A stretch of 63,508 nucleotides of DNA, counting the filler, from Olpidium bornovanus S191 (lineage: Eukaryota; Fungi; Olpidiomycota): assembly GCA_017911155.1 (NCBI GenBank). It is 30 parts of 30 records of this genome, joined end to end, with 100 filler letters (N's around TTAATTAATTAA, not from the genome) between each part and the next. Parts side by side here need not be neighbours in the genome. Positions count along the whole stretch, not along the records: positions 60,896 to 63,508 come from JAEFCI010010375.1; 29 more parts are not named here. One strand, written 5' to 3'. This document shows, piece after piece, positions 63,399-63,508 of this stretch. The notes beneath the pieces were generated by a model. The model saw only the letters and a list, made by a program, of their open reading frames with translations. It was not told where the DNA came from and made no database searches. A program made the position numbers and the translations under genes. Within the stretch, counting starts at the first letter, position 1. Every line of letters begins with the position of its first letter.

Positions 63399-63508
63399 CC
63401 GAGTAAAAGACAAAAAAAGATAATATATTTACACTAATCATACTTACATTTGAAATTATACTTATTATTGATATCAACGCACCCAGGCGTGTATGCTCTT
63501 AGCCCATG

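Overview
This window is not one locus. It is 30 short genomic contigs (about 1.0-3.5 kb each) joined by 29 artificial 100-nt linkers (N44-TTAATTAATTAA-N44, stops in all six frames), so order across linkers is meaningless and ORFs ending in XXXLIN are artefacts. The DNA is from an intron-rich, GC-rich eukaryote. A class IV chitin synthase, a Kin1-type kinase and Cbp4-, Pet191- and Dot5-like genes occur together with flagellar or centriolar genes (IFT20, DRC10/IQCD, CCDC112-like), which points to a zoosporic fungus (an Olpidium- or chytrid-like lineage is an inference). I reconstructed about 20 spliced or intronless genes by hand, plus one tRNA-Ser(GCT), degenerate copia, gypsy and LINE remnants, and several tandem repeats. 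The best second-look items are: a tandemly duplicated, still splice-competent last exon in COA5/PET191; a palindrome-centred 22-bp duplication that frameshifts an intronless phytase-like gene; a two-exon Cbp4-like gene absent from the ORF track; an ankyrin ORF that is open across its whole contig; a 164-bp x3 repeat; two GC-AG introns; and 16 contig termini lying exactly on CATG. I found no evidence of a multi-gene novel system, and the fragmented assembly could not show one.
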